From contig CAZWAD010000021.1 in NCBI GenBank assembly GCA_964631835.1, forward strand, positions 271-64,270: a stretch of 64,000 nt of DNA, in the 5' to 3' direction. Numbering within the stretch: the first letter of the stretch is position 1; the number at the start of each line of letters is the position of its first letter. Below, one piece after another: positions 28,581-38,561 of this stretch. This stretch comes from an uncultured Chitinophaga sp. Its GTDB lineage: Bacteria; Bacteroidota; Bacteroidia; Chitinophagales; LD1. Under the pieces are notes generated by a model that saw nothing but the letters and a program-made list of their open reading frames with translations, was not told the DNA's origin and made no database searches. The position numbers were made by a program, and so were the translations under genes.

Positions 28581-28937
28581 ATGAAAAACATTTTTGTGGT
28601 GCATGTTATGTTATTTATTAGCCAAAACATGTTTGCCAACCGGAACATAAAGGCAACTATAGAAGCTGATAAAACCACCGGAAATCTTCCGCTAACTGTG
28701 AAATTCAATAGTGCTCAGAAGGGTTCGAATGTTTCCTGCAGATGGGATTTCGGCAATGGAAATACTTCGGTACTGAAAAACCCTACTGCTACATTTGTAA
28801 ATCCCGGCAACTATAAAGTGAAGCTGGTGGTTAGTAGCGGAACGGAAACAGATTCTGCGTTTATTTCAATTAAAGTTCTCCCTAATCCAAGTATGCTCGA
28901 TGACTTTCTGAAGTCACGGGCTACAACCGGAAAATAG
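28581..28937 (+). CDS. Small secreted PKD-domain protein
   Basis: LPLTVKFNS...WDFGNGNTS...NPGNYKVKLVVS is a canonical PKD signature. The N-terminus is hydrophobic. Confidence 0.7.
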   Translation: MKNIFVVHVMLFISQNMFANRNIKATIEADKTTGNLPLTVKFNSAQKGSNVSCRWDFGNGNTSVLKNPTATFVNPGNYKVKLVVSSGTETDSAFISIKVLPNPSMLDDFLKSRATTGK

Positions 28938-28962
28938 TCACCTTCCATTGTGACTTTAACGT

Positions 28963-28996
28963 AATGCGTTAGTAAAATTACATTAACGCATTTTTC
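28963..28996 (+). terminator. Rho-independent terminator of CDS 28581-28937
   Basis: AATGCGTTA...TAACGCATT 9-bp stem followed by TTTT. Confidence 0.65.
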
Positions 28997-29024
28997 TATT
29001 TTCGTCCTCCGTCAATCCACATTC

Positions 29025-31526
29025 ATGCAAAAAAGAATCTTGCCTCATGCAGTTGCGCTTTTGATTTTTGCGCTTGTTACAATTATTTATTTCATGCCTC
29101 TATATAAAGGCATGACACTTGGCTCGCACGATATAACCCAGTGGAAGGCTATGTCAAAAGAAATTATGGACTGGCGTGAAAAAACGGGTGAACAGGCCTT
29201 GTGGACTAACAGCATGTTCGGAGGGATGCCCACCTTTCAGATTTCTGTTCTCTATCCCGGCAATTGGGTTAATTACATTCCCAAATTTTTCCAGATTTTT
29301 TTCCCCGATGTTTCCGCGTGGTTTTTTTTGATGTTAGCAGGCTTTTATGTGCTGATGCTTTGTCTTGGAGTAAATAGCTGGCTGGCATTAGCTGGTTCAT
29401 TAGCTTACGGTCTAGCTTCGTTCACACTTATTAGTATAGAAGCGGGACATAACACCAAAGTATTAGCCATGGCACTTATGGCCCCTGCCATTGGCGGAAT
29501 GATTTTAGCATATCGCGGAAAGATTTTGTTAGGAGGTGCGCTCACTGCTTTATTCCTTTCTCTTGGTGTTAACGCCAACCATTTTCAGATTACTTACTAC
29601 CTGCTTCTTACCATGGGTTTTTTCGGAATTTATTTTTTGGCGGAAAGCATCTTACAAAAAAAGCTGCCCGATTTTACCAAAGCGAGTTTTGTATTGCTGG
29701 TTGCTGCAGGCCTTTCTGTTATACCCAACATTGCCAACCTGTGGAGTACTTACGAATACGGCAAGCAAACCATGCGCGGTGGCGGAAGCCAGTTAACTGA
29801 AAAGAAAAATAAATCGGGAGGAGGACTTGATTTTGAATATGCAACCCGGTGGAGTGAAGGAGCAGACGATTTTGAATTTCTATCCATCCTTATTCCTAAT
29901 ATTAAAGGTGGTGCATCGGGCAGCGAACTTTCAACAAGTTCCGCTTCCTATAAAGTGCTAAACGAAAGAGGAATTCAGTCAGCGGAGCAGATTATCAAAC
30001 AGATGCCAACTTACTGGGGAGACCAGCCGGGAACTTCCGGTCCGGTTTATTATGGTGCGGCTGTGTTCTTTCTTTTTGTGTTGGCGCTGTTTATTGTACG
30101 CTCACCTATCAAATGGGCGCTCCTCGGTATTTCTGTTTTCTTTTTATTGTTGTCGTTTGGCCATAACACCCCATTCTTTCGATTCTTCTTTGAGAACCTT
30201 CCGATGTTCAACAAATTTCGGACACCGGCAATGGCGCTCGCCATTCCGCAATTGTGCTTTCCCATTCTTGCTTTGCTGGCATTGAATGAAATTTTCACTG
30301 GAAAAATTAATGCTGATGAGTTAAAGAAGAAGTTATACATAGCTGGAGGAATAACCGGTGGCATCATTCTCGTGTTCGGGTTGCTTGGAGTGGGTGCAAA
30401 TTTTACAGGCAAAGGAGATGCAGAAATAGCCAAGCAATTTCCCGACTGGCTGATGAGCGCGCTTAAAGAAGATCGCGCATCAATGCTTCATAAAGATGCG
30501 TTACGCTCCTTAGTATTTACCGGTGCCGCATTCGCTGTCATTTGGCTGTTCATAAGTAAAACAATCCCGGCAAGTATCTTCAAAGCAGCTCTCGGAGTTG
30601 TTTTCCTACTTGACGGATGGATGGTTGCGAATCGTTATCTCAACTCGGATGATTTTCAGGAAGAATCTACTTACACGCAAAACTTTCAGCCATCGCCCGT
30701 TGACCTGCAAATTTTAGAAGACAAGGATATTTACTATCGCGTATTCGACCGAACTGTTGACCCGTTCAATAACGCTTCACCTGCATACTTCCACAAATTA
30801 GTTGGTGGATACAGCCCGGCAAAGCTCCAGATTTACCAGGATATGATTGAACGCCATATTTCGCAAGGCAACATGAAAGTTTATGACATGCTCAATACAA
30901 AATATTTCAAGGTGGCAGATGATAAAGGAAATGAGAGAGTAATACCGAACCCTTCGGCATTGGGTAATGCGTGGTTTGTGCAAAATATTATCCATGTGAA
31001 AAATGCTGACGAGGAAATTGATACACTCGGTTCGGCAGTATTCATTCCGGGAAGTGTTGCAGTAATTCATACTGACTTCGACAAAATTGTTTCTGAAAAA
31101 TCACTTGGCTACGATTCGCTGGCTTCCATCAAATTGGAAACATACTCGCCAAACAAGCTGACTTACGCATACAACTCTTCGGCTCCACAGGTGGCTGTGT
31201 TTTCCGATATTTATTATGCCGGCAAGCATGGATGGAAAGCGTATTTAGATGGAAAGGAGGAGCCTTATTTCCGTTGTAATTATATTTTGCGCGGTATGGC
31301 ATTACCTGCCGGCAAACATTCAGTTGAGTTCCGTTTTGAGCCGGAGTCATATTACACCGGAAATAAAATTGCCTATGCTGGTTCGTTTATTCTTTTTGTT
31401 TTTGTTTTGGGAACACTCGGCTTTGCAGGAAGGAAAAAACTAAAAGAGATAGAAGCTGAACCCAAACCAACACCTGAAGTAAAAAAGAATCCTGCGCCTG
31501 CTCCTAAACATGGAAAGAAAAGGTAA
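29025..31526 (+). CDS. YfhO-family polytopic membrane protein (GT-C-like glycosyltransferase)
   Basis: 833 aa. The N-terminal pattern HDITQWKAMSKEI...WTNSMFGGMPTFQIS is typical of Bacteroidota YfhO proteins. There are many TM helices and a basic C-terminal tail. Confidence 0.78.
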   Translation: MQKRILPHAVALLIFALVTIIYFMPLYKGMTLGSHDITQWKAMSKEIMDWREKTGEQALWTNSMFGGMPTFQISVLYPGNWVNYIPKFFQIFFPDVSAWFFLMLAGFYVLMLCLGVNSWLALAGSLAYGLASFTLISIEAGHNTKVLAMALMAPAIGGMILAYRGKILLGGALTALFLSLGVNANHFQITYYLLLTMGFFGIYFLAESILQKKLPDFTKASFVLLVAAGLSVIPNIANLWSTYEYGKQTMRGGGSQLTEKKNKSGGGLDFEYATRWSEGADDFEFLSILIPNIKGGASGSELSTSSASYKVLNERGIQSAEQIIKQMPTYWGDQPGTSGPVYYGAAVFFLFVLALFIVRSPIKWALLGISVFFLLLSFGHNTPFFRFFFENLPMFNKFRTPAMALAIPQLCFPILALLALNEIFTGKINADELKKKLYIAGGITGGIILVFGLLGVGANFTGKGDAEIAKQFPDWLMSALKEDRASMLHKDALRSLVFTGAAFAVIWLFISKTIPASIFKAALGVVFLLDGWMVANRYLNSDDFQEESTYTQNFQPSPVDLQILEDKDIYYRVFDRTVDPFNNASPAYFHKLVGGYSPAKLQIYQDMIERHISQGNMKVYDMLNTKYFKVADDKGNERVIPNPSALGNAWFVQNIIHVKNADEEIDTLGSAVFIPGSVAVIHTDFDKIVSEKSLGYDSLASIKLETYSPNKLTYAYNSSAPQVAVFSDIYYAGKHGWKAYLDGKEEPYFRCNYILRGMALPAGKHSVEFRFEPESYYTGNKIAYAGSFILFVFVLGTLGFAGRKKLKEIEAEPKPTPEVKKNPAPAPKHGKKR

Positions 31527-32816
31527 ATGAAGAAAGTCCTCATCTTCACCTATTACTGGCCTCCTGCCGGTGGAGTGGCGGTGCAGCGCTGGCTTAAGTT
31601 TGCAAAATATCTTCCTGAATTCAGCTGGGAACCGGTTATCGTGACAGTTGATAATGGCAGCTATCCTTATTACGATGAATCGCTTCTAAAGGAAGTTTCC
31701 CCTTCGCTTCGTGTTTACCGAACAAAAACATTTGAACCGTTTGAGATCTACAATTTGCTCAGAGGGAAGAAAGGGAAATCGCTTCCGGTTGTTTCTGTTG
31801 GCAATAAAAGCAACAAATCTTTCTTCCAGAAAACATCGGAATATGTCCGCGCTAATTTTTTTATTCCCGATGCGCGGAAAGGCTGGGTGAAGTATGCTGT
31901 AAGGCAGGGAGAAGAACTTCTGAATAATGAAAAGTTTGATGTAATTATTACCACCGGCCCTCCCCATTCTGCGCACCTGATTGGATTAAAGCTCAAAGAA
32001 AGATTCGGAGTGAAATGGCTGGCTGATTTCCGCGACCCGTGGACGGGAATTTTTTATAATAACATTTTACCACGAACACAATCAACTGCTCAACGGGACA
32101 GGGCGCTTGAAACAAAAGTTTTGCAAACTGCCGACTTCACAACAGTGATAAGTCCGGGATTGAAAAAGGAGTTTGAAGACCGGACAAGGAAAATTGAAGT
32201 GGTGTTTAACGGTTATGATGAAGATGACTTTGGGAAATCAGAAGGCAGAGAGCAGAAATCAAAAACTTTCACAATTAGGTATATCGGCAATATGATGTCG
32301 AGCCAGAATGTGGAAGTGTTTTGGAAAACTATTGGAGAAATCAGAAATCGGAAAACGGAAATCAGAATAGAATTTATCGGCAGGGTGGATGATGAAGTGA
32401 AACAGGCTATTGCCTTAAGCGGGTTGAATGACTGTGTAAGTTATCTTGATTTTGTTGACCACAGGAGTGCCATCAGCTTAATGCAAACTGCTGATTTGCT
32501 ATTGTTTGTTATTCCTGATGTTAAGGACAATGAACTTATACTGACCGGTAAACTGTTTGAATATCTTGCTTCGCAAACAGAAATTATTTCGCTTGGTCCG
32601 GTGAGTGGCGATGCTGCACAAATCCTGAATCAATGCGGGAGAAAAAGAATGATTGATTATTCGGATAAGACTGAAGTTGAAATGCAGCTGAAAGCCACAA
32701 TAGGTGTTTTTGGGAAAGGAGCAGGTTCTCTCAAATATTCCGGCAATACTCATCAGCTCTTTTCAAGAAAGGAGCAGACTAAGAAAATGTCAGTCTGTCT
32801 TAACTCAATGAGCTGA
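31527..32816 (+). CDS. Glycosyltransferase (GT-B fold, GT4-like)
   Basis: MKKVLIFTYYWPPAGGVAVQR N-terminus. The start is adjacent to the YfhO stop codon. Confidence 0.78.
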   Translation: MKKVLIFTYYWPPAGGVAVQRWLKFAKYLPEFSWEPVIVTVDNGSYPYYDESLLKEVSPSLRVYRTKTFEPFEIYNLLRGKKGKSLPVVSVGNKSNKSFFQKTSEYVRANFFIPDARKGWVKYAVRQGEELLNNEKFDVIITTGPPHSAHLIGLKLKERFGVKWLADFRDPWTGIFYNNILPRTQSTAQRDRALETKVLQTADFTTVISPGLKKEFEDRTRKIEVVFNGYDEDDFGKSEGREQKSKTFTIRYIGNMMSSQNVEVFWKTIGEIRNRKTEIRIEFIGRVDDEVKQAIALSGLNDCVSYLDFVDHRSAISLMQTADLLLFVIPDVKDNELILTGKLFEYLASQTEIISLGPVSGDAAQILNQCGRKRMIDYSDKTEVEMQLKATIGVFGKGAGSLKYSGNTHQLFSRKEQTKKMSVCLNSMS

Positions 32817-32825
32817 GTGGTTTCT

Positions 32826-34658
32826 CTACAGAAACTTTTTCATCCAGTAATGTGTAGCGGCAATTCTCCAAACCATAGCTGCATTGCTTGTGTCACCCGA
32901 TTTGTATTTTTCAATTTCCCTTCTGGCAACATCTGTATTCATAAAGCTGAGCAGAGAATAATCTATATCCAGCAAGAATTTCAGCGGGCCGTTTAGCCAG
33001 AGAATTTCACCCGGAGTAACAAATCCCTTTTTGTCTTTTCGCTCATAAACTGCTTTCGGAAGCACAGTCTTTAATGATTCACGAAGAATGTATTTGGTTT
33101 CCGCCTTTGAATTAATCCGGTCATCGGCAGAAAGTGAAAAAGCAAACTCCGCCAGTTTGTGATTCAGGAAAGGCACGCGCGATTCAAGCGAAAAAGCCAT
33201 GGAGTTGCGGTCTTCAAAATGCAGCAGCGTAGGAAGTGTAGTGTTCAGCAAAAGGTGATAAAGGAAGTTATTGAACCGGTCTTTGGTTTTTGTTTCAAAC
33301 AATGCCCGCGAAGGCTGATGGAAATATTTATTGCCTCTGCTCAACTCCAGATTGTAAATCCGGTTTTCATCGGAGAATACAGAAACAAAACTTTTTGCAG
33401 CCACACTCAGAGATTTTCCCAAACTATAGCTCTCCCGGTTAATTAACGAACTGAATGTACTGAACGCGTTCCCAAACTGAAACGAAGCAGCCTGCGAAGC
33501 GAGTAACCGGTAAAAGGAATGAAGGTAACCTCCGAGATACTCATCGGAGCCCTGGCCGTCAATAACCACTGTAACTCCTTCGCTCTTTGCCAGCTTCATC
33601 AGAAAATACTGCGACAAATATGACGAACCGAAAAACGGAACATCGGCATGGTAAGCTGCTGTGTGAAAATGCTCAGCAATGTCATTTGCTGATGGAGAAA
33701 AATAGTACGGCTGTATGTTCTGATACTTTTTCACCACCTCATTTACAAACGGCCTTTCATCCACACCGGTTGCACCCTCGTAGTAAATTGAAAAGGATTT
33801 GATTTTGGAGTTTGGTAAAAGCGTGGAATACATACTGGCTATTGCTGAACTGTCGAGCCCGCCACTCAGGCAAATTCCGTTTTGCACATCGCTGCGCGAA
33901 TGCAGTTGAATGCTTTCCTTAAAGAGTTGAAAGAAGGTTTCTTTCTTTTCTTCAAAACTTAACTGTGTCAAGCTGAGCTTGTCGAAGCTTACATCCCAAT
34001 ACTTATCGATTCGCAGCTTGCCGTTTTGCCAAATGAGGTTGTGCGCAGGTTGCAAACTCTTCACCTCTTTGTGAAACGTCTCTTGCTTATATACCGCCCA
34101 GCCCATCACAACTCCGCGCTGAAGTTGCTCCACATTAGGCTCGCTGTTGAAACCCTGAACCTGTTTCAGCGCTTTCATTTCTGAAGCGAAATAGAAACCA
34201 CCGCTCTTTTCGAACCAGTAAAATGGTTTAATGCCAAACCGGTCGCGGCTGCAAAACAGTTTTTGCTTTTCGGTATCCCACAGCGCCAAAGCCCACATAC
34301 CGATGAACTTTGTCACGCACTGTTCGCCCCACTCTTTGTAAGCCGCACATACAACCTCGGTATCGCTGCTGGTGCGGAACCGGTAACCTTTCTGCTCCAG
34401 TTCCTTTCTAAGTTCTATGTAGTTGTAAACCTCTCCGTTGAAAATTAGTATGACCCCGTCATACTTAAATGGCTGGTTGGCTTCATCAGACAGGTCAATA
34501 ATTTTTAAACGGTTGTGGCCGAGGCTGTAACCGTCTTTTACATGCACCGAACTGTTCTCCGGCCCGCGGTGAGTAATAGCCCGCAGCATTTTGAAGGTAA
34601 CATCCTTCTTTTCATCATCGGTAAGATTTTGATTAACAAGCCCTGCAATACCGCACAT
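32826..34658 (-). CDS. asnB: Asparagine synthase (glutamine-hydrolysing) family amidotransferase
   Basis: MCGIAG Ntn nucleophile and an SGGLDSS PP-loop, 610 aa. The context suggests a glycan-modifying paralogue. Confidence 0.85.
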   Translation of the reverse strand: MCGIAGLVNQNLTDDEKKDVTFKMLRAITHRGPENSSVHVKDGYSLGHNRLKIIDLSDEANQPFKYDGVILIFNGEVYNYIELRKELEQKGYRFRTSSDTEVVCAAYKEWGEQCVTKFIGMWALALWDTEKQKLFCSRDRFGIKPFYWFEKSGGFYFASEMKALKQVQGFNSEPNVEQLQRGVVMGWAVYKQETFHKEVKSLQPAHNLIWQNGKLRIDKYWDVSFDKLSLTQLSFEEKKETFFQLFKESIQLHSRSDVQNGICLSGGLDSSAIASMYSTLLPNSKIKSFSIYYEGATGVDERPFVNEVVKKYQNIQPYYFSPSANDIAEHFHTAAYHADVPFFGSSYLSQYFLMKLAKSEGVTVVIDGQGSDEYLGGYLHSFYRLLASQAASFQFGNAFSTFSSLINRESYSLGKSLSVAAKSFVSVFSDENRIYNLELSRGNKYFHQPSRALFETKTKDRFNNFLYHLLLNTTLPTLLHFEDRNSMAFSLESRVPFLNHKLAEFAFSLSADDRINSKAETKYILRESLKTVLPKAVYERKDKKGFVTPGEILWLNGPLKFLLDIDYSLLSFMNTDVARREIEKYKSGDTSNAAMVWRIAATHYWMKKFL

Positions 34659-34693
34659 AAGAGGGGGCGAAGTTGCGGTTTTTGAGGGAATAA

Positions 34694-35398
34694 TTACGGC
34701 AAATCCTCAATCCGCCACAAAGCCATTGCTTTATCCCAAAGCACTTTTGTTTTCGAATCAGGGACATACAAGAGAGCTTTGGGAAAATTAAAAGGAGATA
34801 CTTCGAGGTTAATGGGGCGCCAATCACCGGTAATAATTTTTTTGTTGGAAGTTCTGCTGGTGTGAGTTGTAGTAAGAAGATACTTGCTGCCGCTCTTCTT
34901 GATATTCGTAATAGCGGCAAATACTTTGTCCTCGCTTAGGTGAATCAGGCAGTCACGGCAAAATATCAAATCAACTTTCGGCAGAGGGTCATTAATAAGG
35001 TCCAGTTTCCTGAACTCTACATTTTGTTTTTGGTACTTACCTGCTGTTTCATTTACAAGTTCCTGTACAATATCAGCCCCTGTATATTTTACATCACCTA
35101 AATTCACATGTTGCATCCAGTAAAAATCTCCGCAGGGAATATCCAGCATGGTTGCTATCTTGTAGTCAACCAGTATTACAGGAAGATTTTTTGAAATATT
35201 TTCGGTTTCGCTTTTACTGGAACCCACACCGGATATAGATTCCTCATCGCCCCAGTATTTTACCTTATAAATTTCATTGAAAACCTCATCAGTAGTCTTG
35301 TTCTCAAAACGTTCTACCCTTGATTTAAAATACTTCCAGTGCAAGGCTTTGATAAATTGAGGAAGAAACTTCCTTATCCTCTTTCTAAGAGTACTCAT
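34694..35398 (-). CDS. Class I SAM-dependent methyltransferase
   Basis: MLDIPCGDFYWM motif I-like sequence and DLIFCRDCLIHL motif. Lies in the glycan cluster. Confidence 0.7.
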   Translation of the reverse strand: MSTLRKRIRKFLPQFIKALHWKYFKSRVERFENKTTDEVFNEIYKVKYWGDEESISGVGSSKSETENISKNLPVILVDYKIATMLDIPCGDFYWMQHVNLGDVKYTGADIVQELVNETAGKYQKQNVEFRKLDLINDPLPKVDLIFCRDCLIHLSEDKVFAAITNIKKSGSKYLLTTTHTSRTSNKKIITGDWRPINLEVSPFNFPKALLYVPDSKTKVLWDKAMALWRIEDLP

Positions 35399-35434
35399 AC
35401 TACAATCTAATAAGCGGTGAACATAAAAAAAACT

Positions 35435-36601
35435 TTAAGCGGAAGTATAAGCATATAACTGCCTCATTCCTTCACTCACTTCGCGAGGGCTGTACTTAGA
35501 TAAAATACTTTTTGCAATATTTTGCCTGCTATATTTCGGATATTGCTCAACCATTGTTACCAAAGCTTTTGCCAGTTCCTTTGTATTTTTTATCTCCACC
35601 AGAATACCATTAGCAGAGTTCACAAATTCTTCAGGTCCTCCGCATTTAGTAACCACTACCGGCAACCCGTTCATCAGGGCTTCGGCTGTGGCAATGCTGA
35701 ATGTTTCAAAGTTGCTGTTAAGAGCAAAAAAATGATGCGCCCGGTACAGCCCATTTACCTCATCATTTGGAATACTGCCGGTAAAAAACACCTGCTTGTT
35801 CAGCAAGCCGAGTTTTTCAGCTTGCTTTTCAAGCGGATTTCGGTCGGGGCCGCTTCCTACAATGGTTATTCGGAAGTCAGGTTGTTGTATGACCACCGTT
35901 TCAACAGCGGCAATCAATCCGGAAATATTCTTCTGATTATCGTCAAGATTGCAAATGCACAGGGCTTTTACACCGTTTGAAGCATCGGATGGCAAACCGG
36001 ATACCGACTCAACCGGGTTTAAAACGTTGGGGGTAATAACTGTTGGCTTATTTATTAGTAGTTTTTTTTCAGCCAAAACATTTTTCAAAAAGTTTGAAAC
36101 AACGGATACCGCTCTTGCCCGCCTGAAAGCGGAGCGGATAATAAAATGATGAACAAACGACAGGTTCTCATATCTTCCGTCTTCGTTTGCATAACCTGTC
36201 CAGTGTTCGGTAATCAGTAAAGGAATGCGATAGATGACACTCAGGAAAAGCGCAAAGAAACCCGCAGGAAAAACCACATGGTTATGAATGACAAAAGGCA
36301 AACCTGATTTTGTCTTTATATGATTGAACCCTCTCCAAAGGGAAAGCAGCAACAAGACTTGATTTAGAGCTTTACCTGACGACTGCCGATAGTACACCAC
36401 TGTTTCGGTAAAGTTTTCTCTTTTATAGTCCTTTATGACAAATCTTCCTTTTTGCGGGAAGACTGCCGGTGCGGCATAAAGCACCTTCGCGTTTACCATT
36501 TGCGCAATAACTCTTACATGCTTGAGAATGAAAATGCCGCTGACGGGTGTATGTTCTGTTGGATACCAACTTGGAATGATGAGCGAATAACTTGGCGGCA
36601 T
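35435..36601 (-). CDS. Glycosyltransferase family 4 (GT-B)
   Basis: 388 aa with the C-terminal EX7E-region pattern (ETFSIATAEALMNGLPVVVTKCGGPEEFV). Confidence 0.85.
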   Translation of the reverse strand: MPPSYSLIIPSWYPTEHTPVSGIFILKHVRVIAQMVNAKVLYAAPAVFPQKGRFVIKDYKRENFTETVVYYRQSSGKALNQVLLLLSLWRGFNHIKTKSGLPFVIHNHVVFPAGFFALFLSVIYRIPLLITEHWTGYANEDGRYENLSFVHHFIIRSAFRRARAVSVVSNFLKNVLAEKKLLINKPTVITPNVLNPVESVSGLPSDASNGVKALCICNLDDNQKNISGLIAAVETVVIQQPDFRITIVGSGPDRNPLEKQAEKLGLLNKQVFFTGSIPNDEVNGLYRAHHFFALNSNFETFSIATAEALMNGLPVVVTKCGGPEEFVNSANGILVEIKNTKELAKALVTMVEQYPKYSRQNIAKSILSKYSPREVSEGMRQLYAYTSA

Positions 36602-36654
36602 CTTTGATATTGCATAGCGAATATGATTATTTGCATAGCAATCTGAAATATCAC

Positions 36655-38121
36655 ATGGGCGTCATCCAGCGGCAGGGCATTAAAAATACCGTCAGTTCTT
36701 ATATAGGAATCCTGCTTGGCTTCGTTTCGCTGATTATTATTCAGCCGCAATTTCTGAAACCTGAAGAAATAGGGCTGGCGCGGGTGCTCTTTGCTTTCAG
36801 CACTATCATCAGCACCATCATTCCGCTGGGAATTACCAACGTTACCATCAAATATTTTCCTGCATTCAAAAACAACGAAAAAGGGCACCACGGGTTTCTC
36901 GGTCTTATTCTTGTGGTATTTGTCATCGGGTTTATTGTTTCGGCTGTGGGGCTGGTAGTGTTCCGCGAGTTTATTATTGCCCAGTACCGCAGGCAGTCGC
37001 CATTGGTGATTTACTATTACAACTTCATTTTTCCTTTCAGCTTTTTCCTCGGGCTGGTGAGTGTGCTCACCAATTACCTGATTGCGCTTTATAAGTCAAC
37101 GGTGCCATCGTACCTGAGCGATGTGGGTGTGCGGCTGGCTTATATCGCCATTATTTTTATTTACTTTTTCAAGTACATTACGCTGCAGCAGTTTATCGGT
37201 GCGTATGTTGCTATTTATGCTTTGCAGTCGCTGGCGCTGGTTATTTATCTTACCCGCCACGACCGCCCCGCACTGCTTATTGACTGGCAATTTCTGAAAC
37301 AGCAGGACTACCGCCAAATGTTTGGCTTCGGGCTTCTCCTTTCCACAACCGCCATGGCAGCAATAGGTCTGAAAATGCTCGATGTTATTTTTCTTGCCAA
37401 ATTCAAGGCGCTGAATTTTGCCGGTATTTATACCATTGCCGCATTTATTCCCACCATTATAGAAGCTCCGCTCAATGCGCTTGACCGGATTGTGACCGGT
37501 GCGGTGGCTCACCAACATGCCAGCGGCAACCGCGATGAGCTGCGCAGGGTTTACTATCAGTCGGTAAAATATCTTTCAGTAATTGGCGGGCTTTTGTTTG
37601 TGGGGGTATCCATAAACATCGAGTTTCTGTTGAATTTAATCGGCAAGGACTATCCGGCAGGGCTCGGGGTGGTTTACATTATTTCGCTGGGTTCGCTGGT
37701 AACCATGTTTGGCGGCAGCAGCAACGCCCTGCTTATTTATACCTCCAAAGCATGGCAGGGCGCATTGATGCTCATTGCATTGGTAGCTGTTACCATCGGG
37801 CTGAACATGCTGCTTATACCGGTGCTGGGTATGAATGGCGCGGCATGGAGCACCGCCATTTCGGTTACTTTGTTTACAGCCGGCAAGCTGTTGCTCAATT
37901 ACAGTCGGCTGGGTTTTCAACCCTATAACTTCAACACGCTCAAAGTGGTGCTCATTATTTTGCTGTGCCTCGGCATTAATTGGTTGCTTCCGGTAGCGGA
38001 GAGCAATGTGCTCAACATCATCATACGCAGTGTGGTCATTGGCGGAGTTTATCTGCTGCTCGTTTATCTTTTAAAGTTAGTACAAGAGTTTCACCAATAC
38101 CTTCCCTGGGAGAAAAGATAA
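36655..38121 (+). CDS. Polysaccharide/oligosaccharide flippase (MOP superfamily, Wzx-like)
   Basis: About 12-14 TM helices. The N-terminus MGVIQRQGIKNTVSSYIGILLGF is typical of Wzx-like proteins. The start was moved from 36592 to the ATG at 36655, which removes the overlap with the divergent GT4 gene. Confidence 0.8.
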   Translation: MGVIQRQGIKNTVSSYIGILLGFVSLIIIQPQFLKPEEIGLARVLFAFSTIISTIIPLGITNVTIKYFPAFKNNEKGHHGFLGLILVVFVIGFIVSAVGLVVFREFIIAQYRRQSPLVIYYYNFIFPFSFFLGLVSVLTNYLIALYKSTVPSYLSDVGVRLAYIAIIFIYFFKYITLQQFIGAYVAIYALQSLALVIYLTRHDRPALLIDWQFLKQQDYRQMFGFGLLLSTTAMAAIGLKMLDVIFLAKFKALNFAGIYTIAAFIPTIIEAPLNALDRIVTGAVAHQHASGNRDELRRVYYQSVKYLSVIGGLLFVGVSINIEFLLNLIGKDYPAGLGVVYIISLGSLVTMFGGSSNALLIYTSKAWQGALMLIALVAVTIGLNMLLIPVLGMNGAAWSTAISVTLFTAGKLLLNYSRLGFQPYNFNTLKVVLIILLCLGINWLLPVAESNVLNIIIRSVVIGGVYLLLVYLLKLVQEFHQYLPWEKR

Positions 38122-38165
38122 GCCACCGCAACTTTTAGTACGGCTTCAGTTTTTGCTCTGCTCTT

Positions 38166-38390
38166 TTAGTTCTGTTTTGGGGGAACTATACGCAGCTTAC
38201 CGTTGAAACCGTTGGCAAGCTTGAGCAATTTAGGCAGTTTTGGAGTTTTAACTCCTTTTTCAATATTGCAAATATCTGAGCGGTCAACGCCCGATGCAGC
38301 TTCCAGGTCGCCTAACGACATATGGAAGCTTTCCCTTAATTCTTTAAGGTGGAGGCAAAACTCGCTGTGTAGAACCTGTTCTTTTTTCAT
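38166..38390 (-). CDS. XRE-family helix-turn-helix transcriptional regulator (74 aa)
   Basis: LKELRESFHMSLGDLEAASGVDRSDICNIEKG matches the Cro/C1 HTH pattern. Confidence 0.8.
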   Translation of the reverse strand: MKKEQVLHSEFCLHLKELRESFHMSLGDLEAASGVDRSDICNIEKGVKTPKLPKLLKLANGFNGKLRIVPPKQN

Positions 38391-38425
38391 GACTAAGAAT
38401 TTTCAGCCAAGTTCATGAATGTTAA

Positions 38426-38463
38426 AATCCGTACTGTTGGCGTTCCCGCCAACAGTACGGATT
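38426..38463. promoter_or_regulatory. Perfect 17-bp inverted repeat with 4-nt spacer (candidate operator or hairpin)
   Basis: AATCCGTACTGTTGGCG-TTCC-CGCCAACAGTACGGATT. Located 36 nt upstream of the HTH gene start and 99 nt before array B. Confidence 0.6.
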
Positions 38464-38561
38464 ACATCTGCCTTCATTTTTGCAGCGTAATCAATACCAA
38501 ACCCAACATGCAATCAACCCGCTTCAGTTCTACCGGTACACAAATGAGCAGAGGCTCTGCT

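Noticed and set aside
36592-36654. Overlap of the flippase ORF with the divergent GT4 gene start (36592 versus 36601).
   Set aside because: It is resolved by using the internal ATG at 36655 (MGVIQRQGIKNT...), which matches typical Wzx N-termini and restores a divergent promoter gap.
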